Positions 26,501 to 38,741 of a stretch of DNA of 64,000 nt are shown here, in pieces. The position numbers were made by a program, and so were the translations under genes. This DNA comes from Mobula hypostoma. Lineage: Eukaryota. The notes beneath the pieces were generated by a model. The model ran no database searches and was not told where the DNA came from. It was given only the letters and a program-made list of their open reading frames with translations. The first letter of the stretch is position 1, and each line of letters opens with the position of its first letter. The stretch spans positions 51,772,001 to 51,836,000 of the forward strand of contig NC_086108.1 of the NCBI RefSeq assembly GCF_963921235.1. The letters run 5' to 3'.

Positions 26501-27582
26501 TTCGTGATTTTTATAAATGACCCAGGTGAAGAAGTGGAGGGATGGCTTAGTAATTTTGCTGATGACGACACAAAGGTGGGAGGTGTTGTGGATAGTATGG
26601 AGGGCTGTCAGAGGTTACAGCAGGACATTGATAGGATGCAAAATTGGGCTGAGAAGTGGCAGATGGAGTTCAACCCAGAAAAGTGTGAGGTGGTTCATTT
26701 TGGTAGATCAAGTACGATGACAGAATATAGTATTAATGGTAAGACTCTTGGTAGTGTGGAGGATCAGAGGGATCTTGGGGTCCGAGTCCACAGGACACTC
26801 AAAGTTGCTACACAGGTTGACTCTGTGGTTAAGAAAGCATACAGTGCATTGGCCTTCATCAATCATGGGGTTGAGGTTTGGAGCCGAGAGGTAATGTTGC
26901 AGCTATATAGGACCGCAGTGAGACCCCACTTGGAGTACTGTGCACAGTTCTGGTCGCCTCACTATAGGAAGGGTGCAGAGGAAATTTACAAGGATGTTGC
27001 TTGGATTGGGGAGCATGCCTTATGAAAATAGATTGAGTGTACTCGGCTTTTTTTCCTTGGAGCGATGGAGGAAGAGAGGTGACCTGATAGAGCTATATAA
27101 GATGATGAGAGACATTGATCATGTGGATAGTCAGAGGTTTTCTCCCCAGGGTGAAATGGCTAGAATGAGAGGGCGCAGTTTTAAGGTGCTTGGAAGTAGG
27201 TACAGAGGAGATGTCAGGGGTAAGTAGTTTTTTTTCCCACGCAGAGTGTGGTGAGTGTGTGGAATGGGCTGCCGGCGACAGTGGTGGAGGGAGATACGAT
27301 AGGGTCTTAAAAGAGACTCCTGGACAGGTACATGGAGATCAGAAAACTAGAGGGCTATGGGTAACCCTAGGTAATTTCTAAGGTAAGGACTTGTTCAGCA
27401 TAGCTTTGTGGGCCGAAGGGCCTGTTTTTTGCTGTGGGTTTTCTATGTTTGTAACGTAAAAAGAATCAGTCCCAATACATATCCCTGTGCAACACAACTA
27501 ACCACTGGCAGTCGGCCAGAAAAGGCTTCCTTTATTCCCACTCATTGCCTCCTGCCAATCAGCCACTGATTTATCCATCCTG
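23515..27582 (-). mobile_element. CR1 LINE 3' fragment (23515-24502 plus 27452-27582) interrupted by another CR1
   Basis: ORFs 23582-23785 and 23776-24246; RT sequence resumes after 27452. Confidence 0.85.
24503..27451 (+). mobile_element. CR1 LINE (family D), near-complete ORF2 pseudogene
   Basis: APE (YCNARSIMNK, GDFNFP, SDH) and RT fragments; ttctatgttt tail; TSD taa(t/c)gt (24497-24502 / 27452-27457). Confidence 0.9.
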
Positions 27583-28129
27583 ATGTACTACCTTGAGTTT
27601 TATTTTCTTGCTGACAATTACGGGGAAAAAAAACAATCGAGATTACAAAAAAAAATACATAAACAGACAAGACTGATAAACAAACAATGTACAAAAGACA
27701 CACAAAATAAAACAAGAATAATAACGAGAAACATGAGTTTTAAAGATTCATTGAAAGTGAGTCTGTAGGTCATAGAATCAGCTCCAAGTAGTGGTGTTTC
27801 AAGTTATCCATTGAATCAGTTGAAGCAAGCAGCTGAGAAGAAGGGAGTGAAGAAATCGGGTACAAGAAGTCCTTTTTTTTTTAAAATAACTGCTCGGGGA
27901 GAAGGGTCTGCACTGCGCAGGCGCGTGATGTAGCGCGCCAAGGTTTAAAAAGAGAAATTTTCAACGGTTCTTGTTTCCATGTCCCCTGTGGCCATTCCCC
28001 TCAACAAGTATACCGCATTGGATACTGTTGGGGGGGGGGGGGGGAGGACTTACCTGGGACAAGCTGCAGCAGCCAGATCTCTGGCAGTGAGTCTGGTTCT
28101 GCAGTGCAGAAGGGAGGGTGGAAAAAGAG

Positions 28130-28636
28130 GAGAGCAGTAGTGATAGGGGACTCGATAGTTAGAGGTACAGATAGAAGGTTCTGTGGTCGTGACAGAGAAT
28201 CCAGGATGGTTTGTTGCCTCTTGGGTGCCAGGGTGATGTCTCTGATCGCTTGCATGACATTCTGAAGTGGGAGGGTGATCAGCCAGATGTCGTGGTGCAT
28301 ATCGGTACCAATGACATAGCAAGGAAGAGTGAGGAGGTCCTGGACAATGAGTATAGAGAGCTTGGTAGGAAGTTGAAAAGCAAGACCTTGAGGGTGGTAA
28401 TCTCAGGATTGCTACCTGTGCTACGTGCCAGTGAGGGTAGGAATAGGATGCTCTGGAGGATGATCAAGTGGCTGAGGAACTGGTATAGGGGACAGGGTTT
28501 CAGATTTCAGGATCATTGGGACCTCTTCTGGGGCAGGTGGGACCTGTACAAGAGAGATGGGTTACACTTGAACTACAAGGGGACCAATATCCTTTCAGGG
28601 AGGTTTGTTAGTGCTATTGGGGAGGCTTTAAACTAG
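28130..28636 (+). pseudogene. CR1 ORF1 SGNH/GDSL esterase domain (frameshifted)
   Basis: VVIGDSIVR (block I), CLLGAR (II), VVHIGTNDI (III), VVISGLLPV, DGLHLN (V). Confidence 0.85.
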
Positions 28637-28902
28637 ATTTGCAGGGGGATGGGAACCAGAGTGCCAGAGCTGACAGTGTGGCTGGGGTGAAAATAAATGA
28701 TGTTAAAAGTTCAAGCAAATCCGCTAATAGAAAGGTTGTGAGTGGTGGTAAAAATCTTCTGAGGTGTATATATTTCAATGCTAGGAGTATTGTGGGGAAG
28801 GCAGACAAGTTGAGGGCATGGATTAACACATGGAATTATGACGTTATAGCAATTAGTGAAACTTGGCTACGGGAGGGGCAGGACTGGCAGCTTAATATTC
28901 CA

Positions 28903-29529
28903 GGGAGACCACTTTGCTGAACACCTACGCTCTGTCCACCAGAGAAAGCAGGATCTCTCAGTGGCCACACGTTTTAATTCCACATCCTATTCCCATTCTG
29001 ACATGTCAATCCACGGCCTCCTCCACTGTAAAGATGAAGCCACACTCAGGTTGGAGGAACAACACCTTATATTCCATCTGGGTAGCCTCCAACCTGATGG
29101 CATGAACATCAACTTCTCTAACTTCCACTAATGCCCCACCTCCCCCTCGTACCCCATCCGTTATTTATTTTTATACACACATTCTTTCTCTCTCTCCTTT
29201 TTCTCCCTCTGTCCCTCTGACTATACCCCTTGCCCATCGTCTGGTTCCCCCCCCCCACAGTCTTTCTCCCTGGGCCTCCTGTCCCATGATCTTCTCATAT
29301 CCCCTTTGCCAATCACCCGTTCAGCTCTTGGCTCCATTCCTCCCCCTCCTGTCTTCTCCTACTTTCAAATCTCTTACTAGCTCTTCCTTCAGTTAGTCCT
29401 GACGAAGGGTCTTGGCCTGAAACGTCGACTGTACCTCTTCCTAGAGATGCTGCCTGGCCTGCTGCGTTCACCAGCAACTTTGATGTGTGTTGCTTGTATT
29501 TCCAGTATCTGCAGAATTCCTGTCATTTG
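28903..29529 (+). mobile_element. Penelope-like element 3' fragment replacing part of the CR1 endonuclease
   Basis: GDHFAEHLRSV...VATRFNS..HS...RLEEQHLIFHLGSLQPDGMN (GIY-YIG C-terminus), pyrimidine-rich UTR, hammerhead and tail. Confidence 0.9.
29395..29430 (+). ncRNA. Minimal type I hammerhead ribozyme motif
   Basis: AGTC-CTGACGA-AGG(gtcttgg)CCT-GAAA-CG-TC-GACT: stem I AGTC/GACT, intact core, stem II, and palindromic ACGT mini stem III. Predicted cleavage after GUC (29426). Confidence 0.82.
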
Positions 29530-31699
29530 TGTTCTCTGGCAAGGATGTGATTGGTAAGTGGGAAGCCTTCAAAGGAGAAATTTTGAGAGTGCAGAGCTTG
29601 TACGTTCCTGTCAGGATTAAAAGCAAAGTGAATAGGAATAAGGAACCTTGGTTCTCAAGGGATATTGCAACTCTGATAATGAAGAAGAGAGAGTTGTATG
29701 ACATGTACAGGAAACAGGGAGTAAATAAGGTGCTTGAGGAGTATAAAAAGTGCAAGAAAATACATAAGGAAATCAGGAGGGCTAAAAGAAGACATGAGGT
29801 TGCCTTGGCAGTCAAAGTGAAGGATAATCCAAAGAGCTTTTACAGGTATATTAAGAGTAAAAGGATTGTAAGGGATAAAATTGGTCCTCTTGAAGATCAG
29901 AGTGGTCGGCTATGTGTTGAACCAAAAGAAATGGAGGAGATCTTAAATAGGTTTTTTGCATCTGTATTTACTAAGGAAATTGGCATGAAGTCTATGGAAT
30001 TAAGGGAAACAAGTAGTGAGATCATGGAAACTGTACAGATTGAAAAGGAGGAGGTGCTTGCTATCTTGAGGCAAATTAAAGTGGATAAATCCCCAGGACC
30101 TGACAGGGTATTCCCTCGGACCTTGAAGGAGACTAGTGTTGAAATTGCAGGGGCCCTGGCAGATATATTTAAAATGTCGGTGTCTACGGGTGAGGTGCCG
30201 GAGGATTGGAGAATGGCTCACGTTGTTCCGTTGTTTAAAAAAGGATCAAAAAGTAATTTGGGAAATTATAGGATGGTAAGTTTGACGTTGGTAGTGGGTA
30301 AGTTATTGGCGGGAGTACTAAGAGACAGAATCTACAAGCATTTGGATAGACAGGGACTTATTAGGGAGAGTCAACATGGCTTTGTGTGTGGTAGGTCATG
30401 TTTGACCAATCTATTGGAGTTTTTCGAGGAGGTTACCAAGAAAGTGGATGAAGGGAAGGCAGTGGATGTTGTCTACATGGACTTCGGTAAGGCCTTTGAC
30501 AAGGTCCCGCATGGGAGGTTAGTTAGGAAAATTCAGTCACTAGGTATACATGGAGAGGTAGTAAATTGGATTAGACATTGGCTCAATGGAAGAAGCCAAA
30601 GAGTGGTAGTAGAGAATTGCTTCTTAGAGTTGTGGCCTGTGACTAGTGGTGTGCCACAGGGATCAGTGCTGGGTCCATTGTTATTTGTCATCTATATCAA
30701 TGATCTGGATGATAATGTGGTAAATTGGATCAGCAAATTTGCTGATGATACAAAGATTGGAAGTGTTGTGGACAGTGAGGAAGGTTTTCAAAGCTTGCAG
30801 AGGGATTTGGACCAGCTGGAAAAATGGGCTGAAAAATGGCAGATGGAGTTTAATACAGACAAGTGTGAGGTATTGCACTTTGGAAGGACAAACCAAGGTA
30901 GAACATACAGGGTAAATGAGGAGTGCAGTAGAACAGAGGGATCTGGGAATACAGATACAAAATTCCCTAAAAGTGTCGTCACAGGTAGATAGGGTCGTAA
31001 AGAGAGCTTTTGGTACATTGGCCTTTATTAATCAAAGTACTGAGTATAAGAGCTGGAATGTTATGATGAGCTTGTATAAGGCATTGGTGAGGCTGAATCT
31101 GGAGTATTGTGTTCAGTTTTGGTCACCAAATTACAGGAAGGATATTAATAAGGTTGAAAGAGTGCAGAGAAGGTTTACAAGGATGTTGCCGGGACTTGAG
31201 AAACTCAGTTACAGAGAAAGGTTGAATAGTTTAGGACTTTATTCCCTGGAGTGTAGAAGAACGAAGGGAGATTTGATAGAGGTATATAAAATTATGATGG
31301 GTATAGATAGAGTGAATGCAAGCAGGCTTTTTCCACTGAGGCAAGGGGAGAAAAAAAACCAGAGGACATGGGTTAAGGATGAGGGGGGGAAAGTTTAAAG
31401 GGAACATTGTGGGGGGCTTCTTCACACAGAGAGTGGTGGGAGTTTGGAATGAGCTGCCAGACGAGGTCGTAAATGCGGGTTCTTTTTTAACATTTAAGAA
31501 TAAATTGGACAGATACATGGATGGGAGGTGTATGGAGGGATATGGTCAGTGTGCAGGTCAGTGGGACTAGGCAGAAAATGGTTCGGCACAGCCAAGAAGG
31601 TCCAAAAGGCTTATTTCTGTGCTGTAGTTTTTCTATGGTTTCTATGGTTTTCTAATCCATTATAATACATTATATTAGTTGTAACAAGTTGATGGTCAT

Positions 31700-32745
31700 G
31701 CCTTTACAGAGATGGCACTTACCAAAATTGTCAGTAGCCTTAGGCTCAGCACTGATACCAACAGGATCTCAGTTCTAATTCTCCTAGATTTAATTGTTAA
31801 TTGACCACAACATTTTTCTAGATCATCTTGAGAACTGGGTTGGCCTCTCTGGTAGTGCCCAGAATTGGTTTCACTCATACAGTATATCTTAGAAAGGAAT
31901 TTTTTTGTCTTTTTTGGAGACCAGTTTTCTGAGAGATACGATGTACCTTGGTATTGCTTGGGGTAGCTGTCTTTGTCCCCTGCTCTTCTTATAGATGCTC
32001 CAAATTATTAGATAGTATAAACCTGATTTTCACAGTTTTGCCGATGACACAAAACTGTACATCTCCGTTGAGCCTGAAGATAACACCCTATCTTCTCTGA
32101 CTTCTGGTATGGCAGCAATATGCAAATGAATGAGCAATAATTTCCTAAAATTAAATGAAGATAAAACTGAAATACACTTAGCTGGTGCCAAAGACAAAAG
32201 AGATAAACTTGGGATCTTGGCTGTCCTTGTAAAATCTGACGTAACAAACCAAGTCTTATCCTAGATCCAGATTTGAATTTTTAATCCCACAAAGAAAGTG
32301 GCCAGAGCAGCGATTCTACACTTACAAAATATTGCAAAGGCACATCTGTTTCTTTCATGTAATGATGCTGAAAAACTAATTCATGCCTTTATATTGAATA
32401 GACTACATTACTGCAATGCACTTTTTACTAGCCTTCCAAAGCAATCTACTGACAAATGTCAACTCATTCAGAACGCCACTGCTTGACATTTAACTAAAAC
32501 AAAGATGAGGGAACATATCACTCCTGTCCTAGCTACTCTGCATTGACTTCTGTATTTTTTACAATTCATTTTAAAGTTCTCTTACTTACTTTTAAAGCCT
32601 TCAATGGTCTGGGATTGGAATACACCACAGAATCATGGAACCCCTTTCATTTTATAATCCTGCTCAAGCTCTCAGGTCTTCTTCCATCGGTCTCCTAAAT
32701 TTAAGCAATCTCCCTCAAAAAGCAATTGGCAGGTCAGCTTTTTTG
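31700..32745 (+). mobile_element. Degraded L2 LINE
   Basis: ALTKIVS...SVLILLDL, FADDTKLYIS, LQNIAK...DAEKLIHAFI..RLHYCNAL...QLIQNA. Confidence 0.8.
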
Positions 32746-32754
32746 AAATACGTT

Positions 32755-33350
32755 TCTGCTTTCTTCCCTCTCCTCCTTCCTGATTTAGCGCTCCAAGAGG
32801 ACTTTGTCCTGCAACACCCTGATTCACTATTCCATCTTCACCAGCACCCAGCACCTTTCTGTGATCTGCAGGAAATGCAACACTTGCTCTTTTACCTCAT
32901 TCCTTCCTACCAGCCAGAGAGTCAAAACATTCCTTTGAGATGATGCAGACAATTTATGGTATTCCATTTGGTATTCACAGTGCGGTGACCTCTAATTTGG
33001 AGAAACCAAACACAGATTGGAAGACCACTCTGAAGAACACGTCTGTTCAGTTCACAAGAATAACTCTGAGCTTCAAATTGACTGACATCAATTCTTTACC
33101 TCACTCTTTATTGTTGCACACTGTTCCAAAAAAGAGACTGGAGAATATAAACTTCCAAAAGTGAGAAACCGCATCTCATCCTCTGACTAAGCATGCTACA
33201 GCCTCAGTATTCAACAGCAACTTCAATCCAGTTTGTACCAGAAATGGACGATTCTGATGAAAGGTCATCAACTTGTTATGCCAATTTGATTTGTTTCTGC
33301 AGAAAAAAGGCTGACTGACCTGCTGGGTATTTCCAGCATTCTCTTCTATT
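32755..33350 (+). mobile_element. Old degraded Penelope-like fragment
   Basis: Decayed Cys-linker/GIY-YIG sequence; ctgatgaaaggtc hammerhead remnant (~33254) and terminal ctgacctgctgggtatttccagcatt. Confidence 0.6.
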
Positions 33351-34353
33351 GAAAATTTGCAGAGACTGTAATGTATTAGCTCTCTCCCAGTATTGTTCAC
33401 ATTTTTCCCTTTCTTCTGTACTCATTTATCTACTTTTCTTTACAACTCCCTCTTGCTTCAACAACCATGCAATAAGCTTGACATCATCCAGGACCATGCA
33501 GCCTGCTTGATTGACACCCCAAAAGAACATTAGGAAAACAAGCAGGAGCAGGTCAATTGCCACTTAGCACCACCAACCGAGTCCACATCCCTTCTTCACC
33601 ATTCAATAAGATCATACCTGATTCAGTGACATCTTCCAGCACTAATTCCAAATCCCTTGATTCTGTCAAAATTTAAAAATATATTAATCTCTCCATGAAT
33701 ATATTCAATAACCGAGTCTCCACAACCCTCTTGGATGAATAATCCTAAAGCTTCATCATGCTTTGTTTGAAAACAATTCTCTTTGTCATTGTCCTGAATA
33801 GCAGATCCTCAATTTTGTAAAATTGTGACTGCTAGTTCTAGACATCACAGCTGAGGAGCATAAATTCTGCATGTACCCTGTCAAGCTTCTAAGACTTTAG
33901 TTTGTTTCAAGAGGATCACTTCTCATTCACTTAAATTTGAGAGCGTACAATCCAGTCTGCTTAATTTCCTTGGGAGGACAAACTCAGAATCCCAGGAAAC
34001 AAGCTGACGAACATTCTCTGTATGGTAAAAACTTCCATTCTCTCCAAGGCTGCAGTAGGTGCTGTCCACAAAATATACTACACTTCCATGCCTAAGCCAC
34101 TGCAGAAGTATGTCTCAAAGCTGCAACACATGGAAACACCACCTGCTTCAGAATCAGAATGAGAATCAGAATAAGGTTTAATATCACTGGCATATGTCAT
34201 GAAATTTGTTGCTTTGCGGCAGCAATACCCTACAATACATTATAAAAAACTATAAATGACGATAAAAAGTATATAAAAAATAAAATTAAATTAGTGATGC
34301 CGAAAGAGAGGGAGAGAAAAAGTAGTGGCATAGTGTTCATAGTCCGTTCAGAA

Positions 34354-34609
34354 ATTTATTTATGCATCTATTGAGACACAGTGTGAAGGACCTTCCAGCC
34401 CTTCAAGCCATGCTGCTCATCAACTCACCAATTTAACGCTAGCCTCATCACAAGACAATTTACGACGGGCAATTAATCTGTCAGCTGGTACAAGGAAACA
34501 CTTGGTCACAGGAAGAACATACAAATTCCTTACAGTCAGCATCAGGAACTGAACCCGGGTCACCAGTACTGTAAAGCGTTCTGCTAAACACTATGCTGCT
34601 GTGCCACCC
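34354..34609 (-). mobile_element. V-SINE (HE1-like) inserted in the Rex1 3' region
   Basis: Minus head gggtggcacagcagcatagtgtttagc with B box cccgggttcagttcc. Confidence 0.7.
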
Positions 34610-36499
34610 TGATGGCGGAAGGGAAGAAGCTGTTCCTGAAATACTGACTGAGTATGTTCAAGCTTTTGCACCACTTCCCCAGTGGCAGCTATGAGAAGAG
34701 GGCATGTCCTAGGCGATGGAGGTCCTTGATAATGGAGGCCGCCTTTTTGAAGCATCGCATTTTGAAGGTGTCCTTTATGCTGGGGAGGCTAGTGACCATG
34801 ATGGAGCTGGATGAGTTTTTGATTTTCTGCAGCCTTTTCCAATCCAGTCAGTGACCCCTTTATAGCACAGTGATACAGTCAGTTAGAATGCTCTCCACAG
34901 TACATCTGTGGAAAGTTGTGAAAGTCTTTGGTGACATATCAGTCTCCTCAAACTCCTAATAAAACATAGCTGCTGTCATGTCTTCTTTATAATTGCATCA
35001 ATATGTTGAGCCCAGGATAGATCTTCAGAGATGCTGATACACAGGAGCTTGAAACTATTCACTCTTTCCACTGCGAATCCCTTGATGAGAACAAGTATGT
35101 GTTCCCTCAATGAGAACTAGTGTGTGTTCCCTCAACTTACCCTTTCTGAGGTCCACAATTAATTGCTTGACCTTACTGACACTGAGTGCAAGGTTGTTGC
35201 TGTAACACCAATCAACCAACTGATCTATCTCACTTCTGTATGCTTCCTCATTGCTATCTGAAATTCTGCGAACAACAGTTGTGTTATCAGCAAATTTATA
35301 GATGGGGTTTGAACTCTGCCTAGCCACACAGTTGTGGGTGTAGAGAGAGCAGAACCGGAGGCTAAGCACACATCCTTGAGGTGTGCCATGTTGATTGTCA
35401 GTGAGGAGTAGATGTTATTTCCTATCCACCCAGACTCCTGTGAGGAAGTCAATGGTCCAGTTACAGAGGGAGGTACAAAGGTTTTGGAGCTTGTTGGTTA
35501 GAACAAAGAGTATGATTGTGTTTAACACTGAGCTTTAATTAATAAAGCGTTCCTCTGCTTCCCTTGACCATATCTTCTTGGTCCTCACCACTGGTGCTGT
35601 GGTCTTTAGTCTCTGCCAAAACACCAGGTGTAGAAGTACAGCCAAGTGATCAGATTTTCCGATGTGTAGGCTTGGGATGGCGCAGTAAGCATTCATGACG
35701 GTGGTATAAAAGTGGTCAAGTGTGCTGGCTCCTCTGGTGGTAGTTGTTCAAAGGCTTCTTCAAACTGGCCTGGCTGAAATCCCCAGCAATGAAAGGGAAG
35801 GCATAAGGGTGTGCTGTTTCATGACAGCTCTTCCAGTGCCTGCCTGACATTGCCCTGGGGAGGAATGTGCACTGCTACCAGGATGATGGTGGAAAACTCT
35901 CTTGGCAGATAAAATGGACAACATTTGACTGCTAGATGTCACAGGTCAGGTGGGTAGGATTAGCATTAGATGAGTTACTCATAGAGTACACTTCACTTCC
36001 TCTATTTGTCTTTTCAGACTTTGGTAAAGCCATCTGGCTGCAGTGCTGAGTCTAAAATGGCAAGTGCACCCTATCCTCGTTATATGCGGGGGATATGTTC
36101 CTCACAGTTGATGCATAGTATGGAAAATGCATAATGTGAATAATTATTTAAATGGAGAAAATAGGGATGTGTTCTGGGGGGCTTACTAGATATGTTTTAT
36201 CTGTAGTTTATTCACATTTTCATACCAATACAACACAAAAGCAGTACCATAAGGCAACATTCATATTATATTTAATCAATCTAAGGTAATATTCAACGTA
36301 ATACATCATAGAAAGTTAACATACTAGGGTATACAGTACTCACCAACAGTGGCCGGTGTGTTGGCTCCAGGAGATGAATGGACGTGCAGTTGTGTCAGGC
36401 AGCTTTACATGGTTGAGGCAGATGGTTGTGGGTCATCAGGATCATCAAGGACAGCAAGGGGTAAAGGAAGACTCACAGAGCTGCCGGCAGCAGGAGATG

Positions 36500-37300
36500 A
36501 CACTGGTTTGAAGAAAGTGGTGAGCGTTGTTTGCTTGGCAGCTGCCCAGTGGACAGGAAGCATATTCTTACTCAAACTCTTAAGAGCACTGGGGTTTAGT
36601 GAATGCTAAACTAAGAGGCTTTATTTTACAGTCTCTTTCAGCATTGGAACACATAAGCAGAGTCAACCTATCCTTTGCTGTCTTGAAACCTGACACAGGT
36701 TTTTCATCCTTACTTATATAAGTGCATTTCAGCATACGTTTCCAAAAAAGCCCGTTCTCGTCTGCATTAAACACCCGCTTTGGCGTGATGCCTAACTCAG
36801 CTATCATAGCCCGCAACTGCAAAGAGTAGCGTTTAGCAGCTTTGTGGTCAGCACTAGCTTGCTCACCACGCACAGCTAAGTTGTGAAGCCTGTGACAATT
36901 AACAAACTTAGAAAACCATCCCCTACTTGCATTAAAGTTAACAATATCACTTGACACTTCCTCACTAGCCTCTGAACAAAGGCAACCATAAATTTCCAAA
37001 GCTTTCACACGAAGACGATCGGAATTGAGTGTTGTTTTTTTCTTTATTTCATGCTCAACGTACAAACTCAACATTTTCTCCATTTTTGTCATAATCAACT
37101 TATGCACTTTGGTAACAATCTTTGAAGACACTTGTGATGAATCAATCACTGCACTTTTTATTTTCTCAGCATTTTTCTTTATGTTTCTGATCATGGACTC
37201 ACCCAGGCCGAAGTAGCATCCCAGAGCTGTGTTATCTTCACCTGACACAGCTCTGTTTATAATTTCCAACTTTTTTTTCAAGTGTTAAAGCGGTTCTCTG
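36500..37300 (-). pseudogene. pogo/Tigger transposase (two HTH domains and first catalytic D; rest deleted)
   Basis: RTALTLEKKLEII...ESMIRNIKKN (psq HTH), FNASRGWFSKF (CENP-B HTH), GEQASAD, VFNADENGLFWK, KDRLTLLMCSNA; MLPVHW is joined directly to C-terminal KQTTLTTFFKP. Confidence 0.9.
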
Positions 37301-37302
37301 CC

Positions 37303-37821
37303 AGAAGGGACAGAACCAACCACAGGGTAACAGCAATCGGCCTGGCTTACCTGATGGAGGCAAGGGACAGGAAGGGACAGAACCAACTGCAGGGTAACGG
37401 CAATTACGGCCTGGCTTACCCAACAGAGGCAAGGACAGGAAAGGAGCTCAATCCAGGGCGGCTCTGAGTCTCGGGGCAGCCAGCAACCATGGCTGGCTAC
37501 AGAAATGGCCAAATCCATACCATGATGTCTGCTCCGACAAGTGGCAACAAGGATCCATGAAGCGGTGGTCCTCCAACCAGGCCTAGAGATCACGAAAGGT
37601 TTCACTAGCCTTCCATCAGCAGGTTGCTCCAAGGGGGACTGATGAGACAAACCAGCAGCATACACTCAACCCTGAGGCTACATATATTCCAAGCCCAAAG
37701 ATGGGAATCAGGTGCCTATGATTAACTCAATCAAATGAGGGACAGCTGGAAGACACGGAGTCCTGAGTCCACGGGCCGGACCGTGAACTGGAATGCGGAC
37801 TTCACAGACCGGACCATGACA
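37303..37821 (-). mobile_element. Truncated LTR-like element inside the pogo transposon
   Basis: Ends in ccggaccatgaca like the 59166-60853 element. Contains a ~67-bp tandem repeat (aacggcaa..cggcctggcttacc...gaggcaagg) related to that element's 72-bp repeat. Confidence 0.65.
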
Positions 37822-38478
37822 GAGGCGTGCGCACATGATTTGTATTGGCGGGAAAGCGGTGTTTCTCGTCCCAACAGCCTCACATAACTGTGAGTTTTGG
37901 ATATACATAAGGAGAAGTTGGTAGAAATAGGTTCGACGCATAACTGTGAATCCGCATTGTCTGAGGACGCATATAACGAGGATAGAGTGCGTTAGCCATC
38001 CTTCTGTGAAGAAAATTACACAACAGTCCCTGATGTCCCTCTGGTACTGAAATCTTGCTCTGAGGTCATCACTCATCAGTTTTATTTTCCAGAGACTGTA
38101 CATTCACCAGCAGGATATCCTACTGCAGCTTCCCCTCCAGTTTGACTATCCTGAGTTGTACATAATTATATCACAAGTCCTTCATGATTGCTGAGCTCAA
38201 ATCCTGGAACTCTGTATTTGCAATTATTCCACATTACCCTAATCTCCAACCTCTCGCTCAAGCCAGTGGCAATTTAAATTGATTAACCTAACATCTTCAA
38301 AAGGCAGTGCCTCAAGAAGACAACACCCATCACTAAGGACCTTCACTATCTGGGACATGCACTCTTCTTATTACTACCATCAGGGAGGAGATACAGGACC
38401 CTGAATGCTTGCACTCAAATAATCACAAACAGCTTCTTCCTCCCTGCCATCAAATTTCTGAATGGCATATGAACCCAT

Positions 38479-38741
38479 AACTCCACCACGGATGGTCCCA
38501 AGCCTGGTTGCAAAAGGAGGAGGTTTGGGCATGAGGTTAGCATCCCATTCCTGTAAAATCCCAGTGCTATAGAAACACCAACAGAGGTTCCCATGACCTC
38601 ATCCCTGGGAGAGGAAGGAAGAAGATGGGCTACACCTGGGGACAATGTGAAAGACTGGTCCAGGGCAGAGGACTCCGGTGAGCTGCTGTCAGAAGCCTAT
38701 GCCCCAATAGTCACGATGGGTAAGTAATAAGTCAGTAACTA
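38479..38741 (+). mobile_element. RTE-derived bipartite non-autonomous element
   Basis: RTE 5' motif ggtcccaagcc...ggtttgggcatgaggttagca...ctgtaaaa fused to an RTE 3' end (TWGQ..RLVQGRGL...LCP) and a (taag)n-like tail; 12-bp TSD atatgaa(c/a)ccat. Confidence 0.7.

Larger units (their letters stand above)
27813..31654 (+). mobile_element. CR1 LINE (family A) retaining 5' UTR, ORF1 esterase and ORF2; TSD-flanked
   Basis: ATCCATT TSD (27806-27812 / 31655-31661); ORF1 remnant; ORF2 start LRCIYFNARSI; RT in 29530-31570; (ttctatgg)n tail. Confidence 0.92.
36067..37989 (-). mobile_element. pogo/Tigger-type DNA transposon, internally deleted
   Basis: 22-bp TIRs CAC(C/T)CTATCCTCGTTATATGCG (36067-36088 / 37968-37989) around a CENP-B-type transposase remnant. 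Confidence 0.9.
34150..38125 (-). mobile_element. Degraded Rex1/Babar LINE pieces hosting a SINE and a pogo transposon
   Basis: (agaatc)n tail; IYKFADNTTVV (RT); LDHFYTT...GKSDHLAVLL (endonuclease C-terminus); DDLRAR.QYQRDIRDCCVIFFTEGWLT (endonuclease N-terminus). Confidence 0.75.

Noticed and set aside
29487..30992. 501-aa ORF as a novel fusion protein
   Set aside because: The first ~14 residues are read-through from the PLE tail into a broken CR1 ORF2, and it has no ATG at that start.
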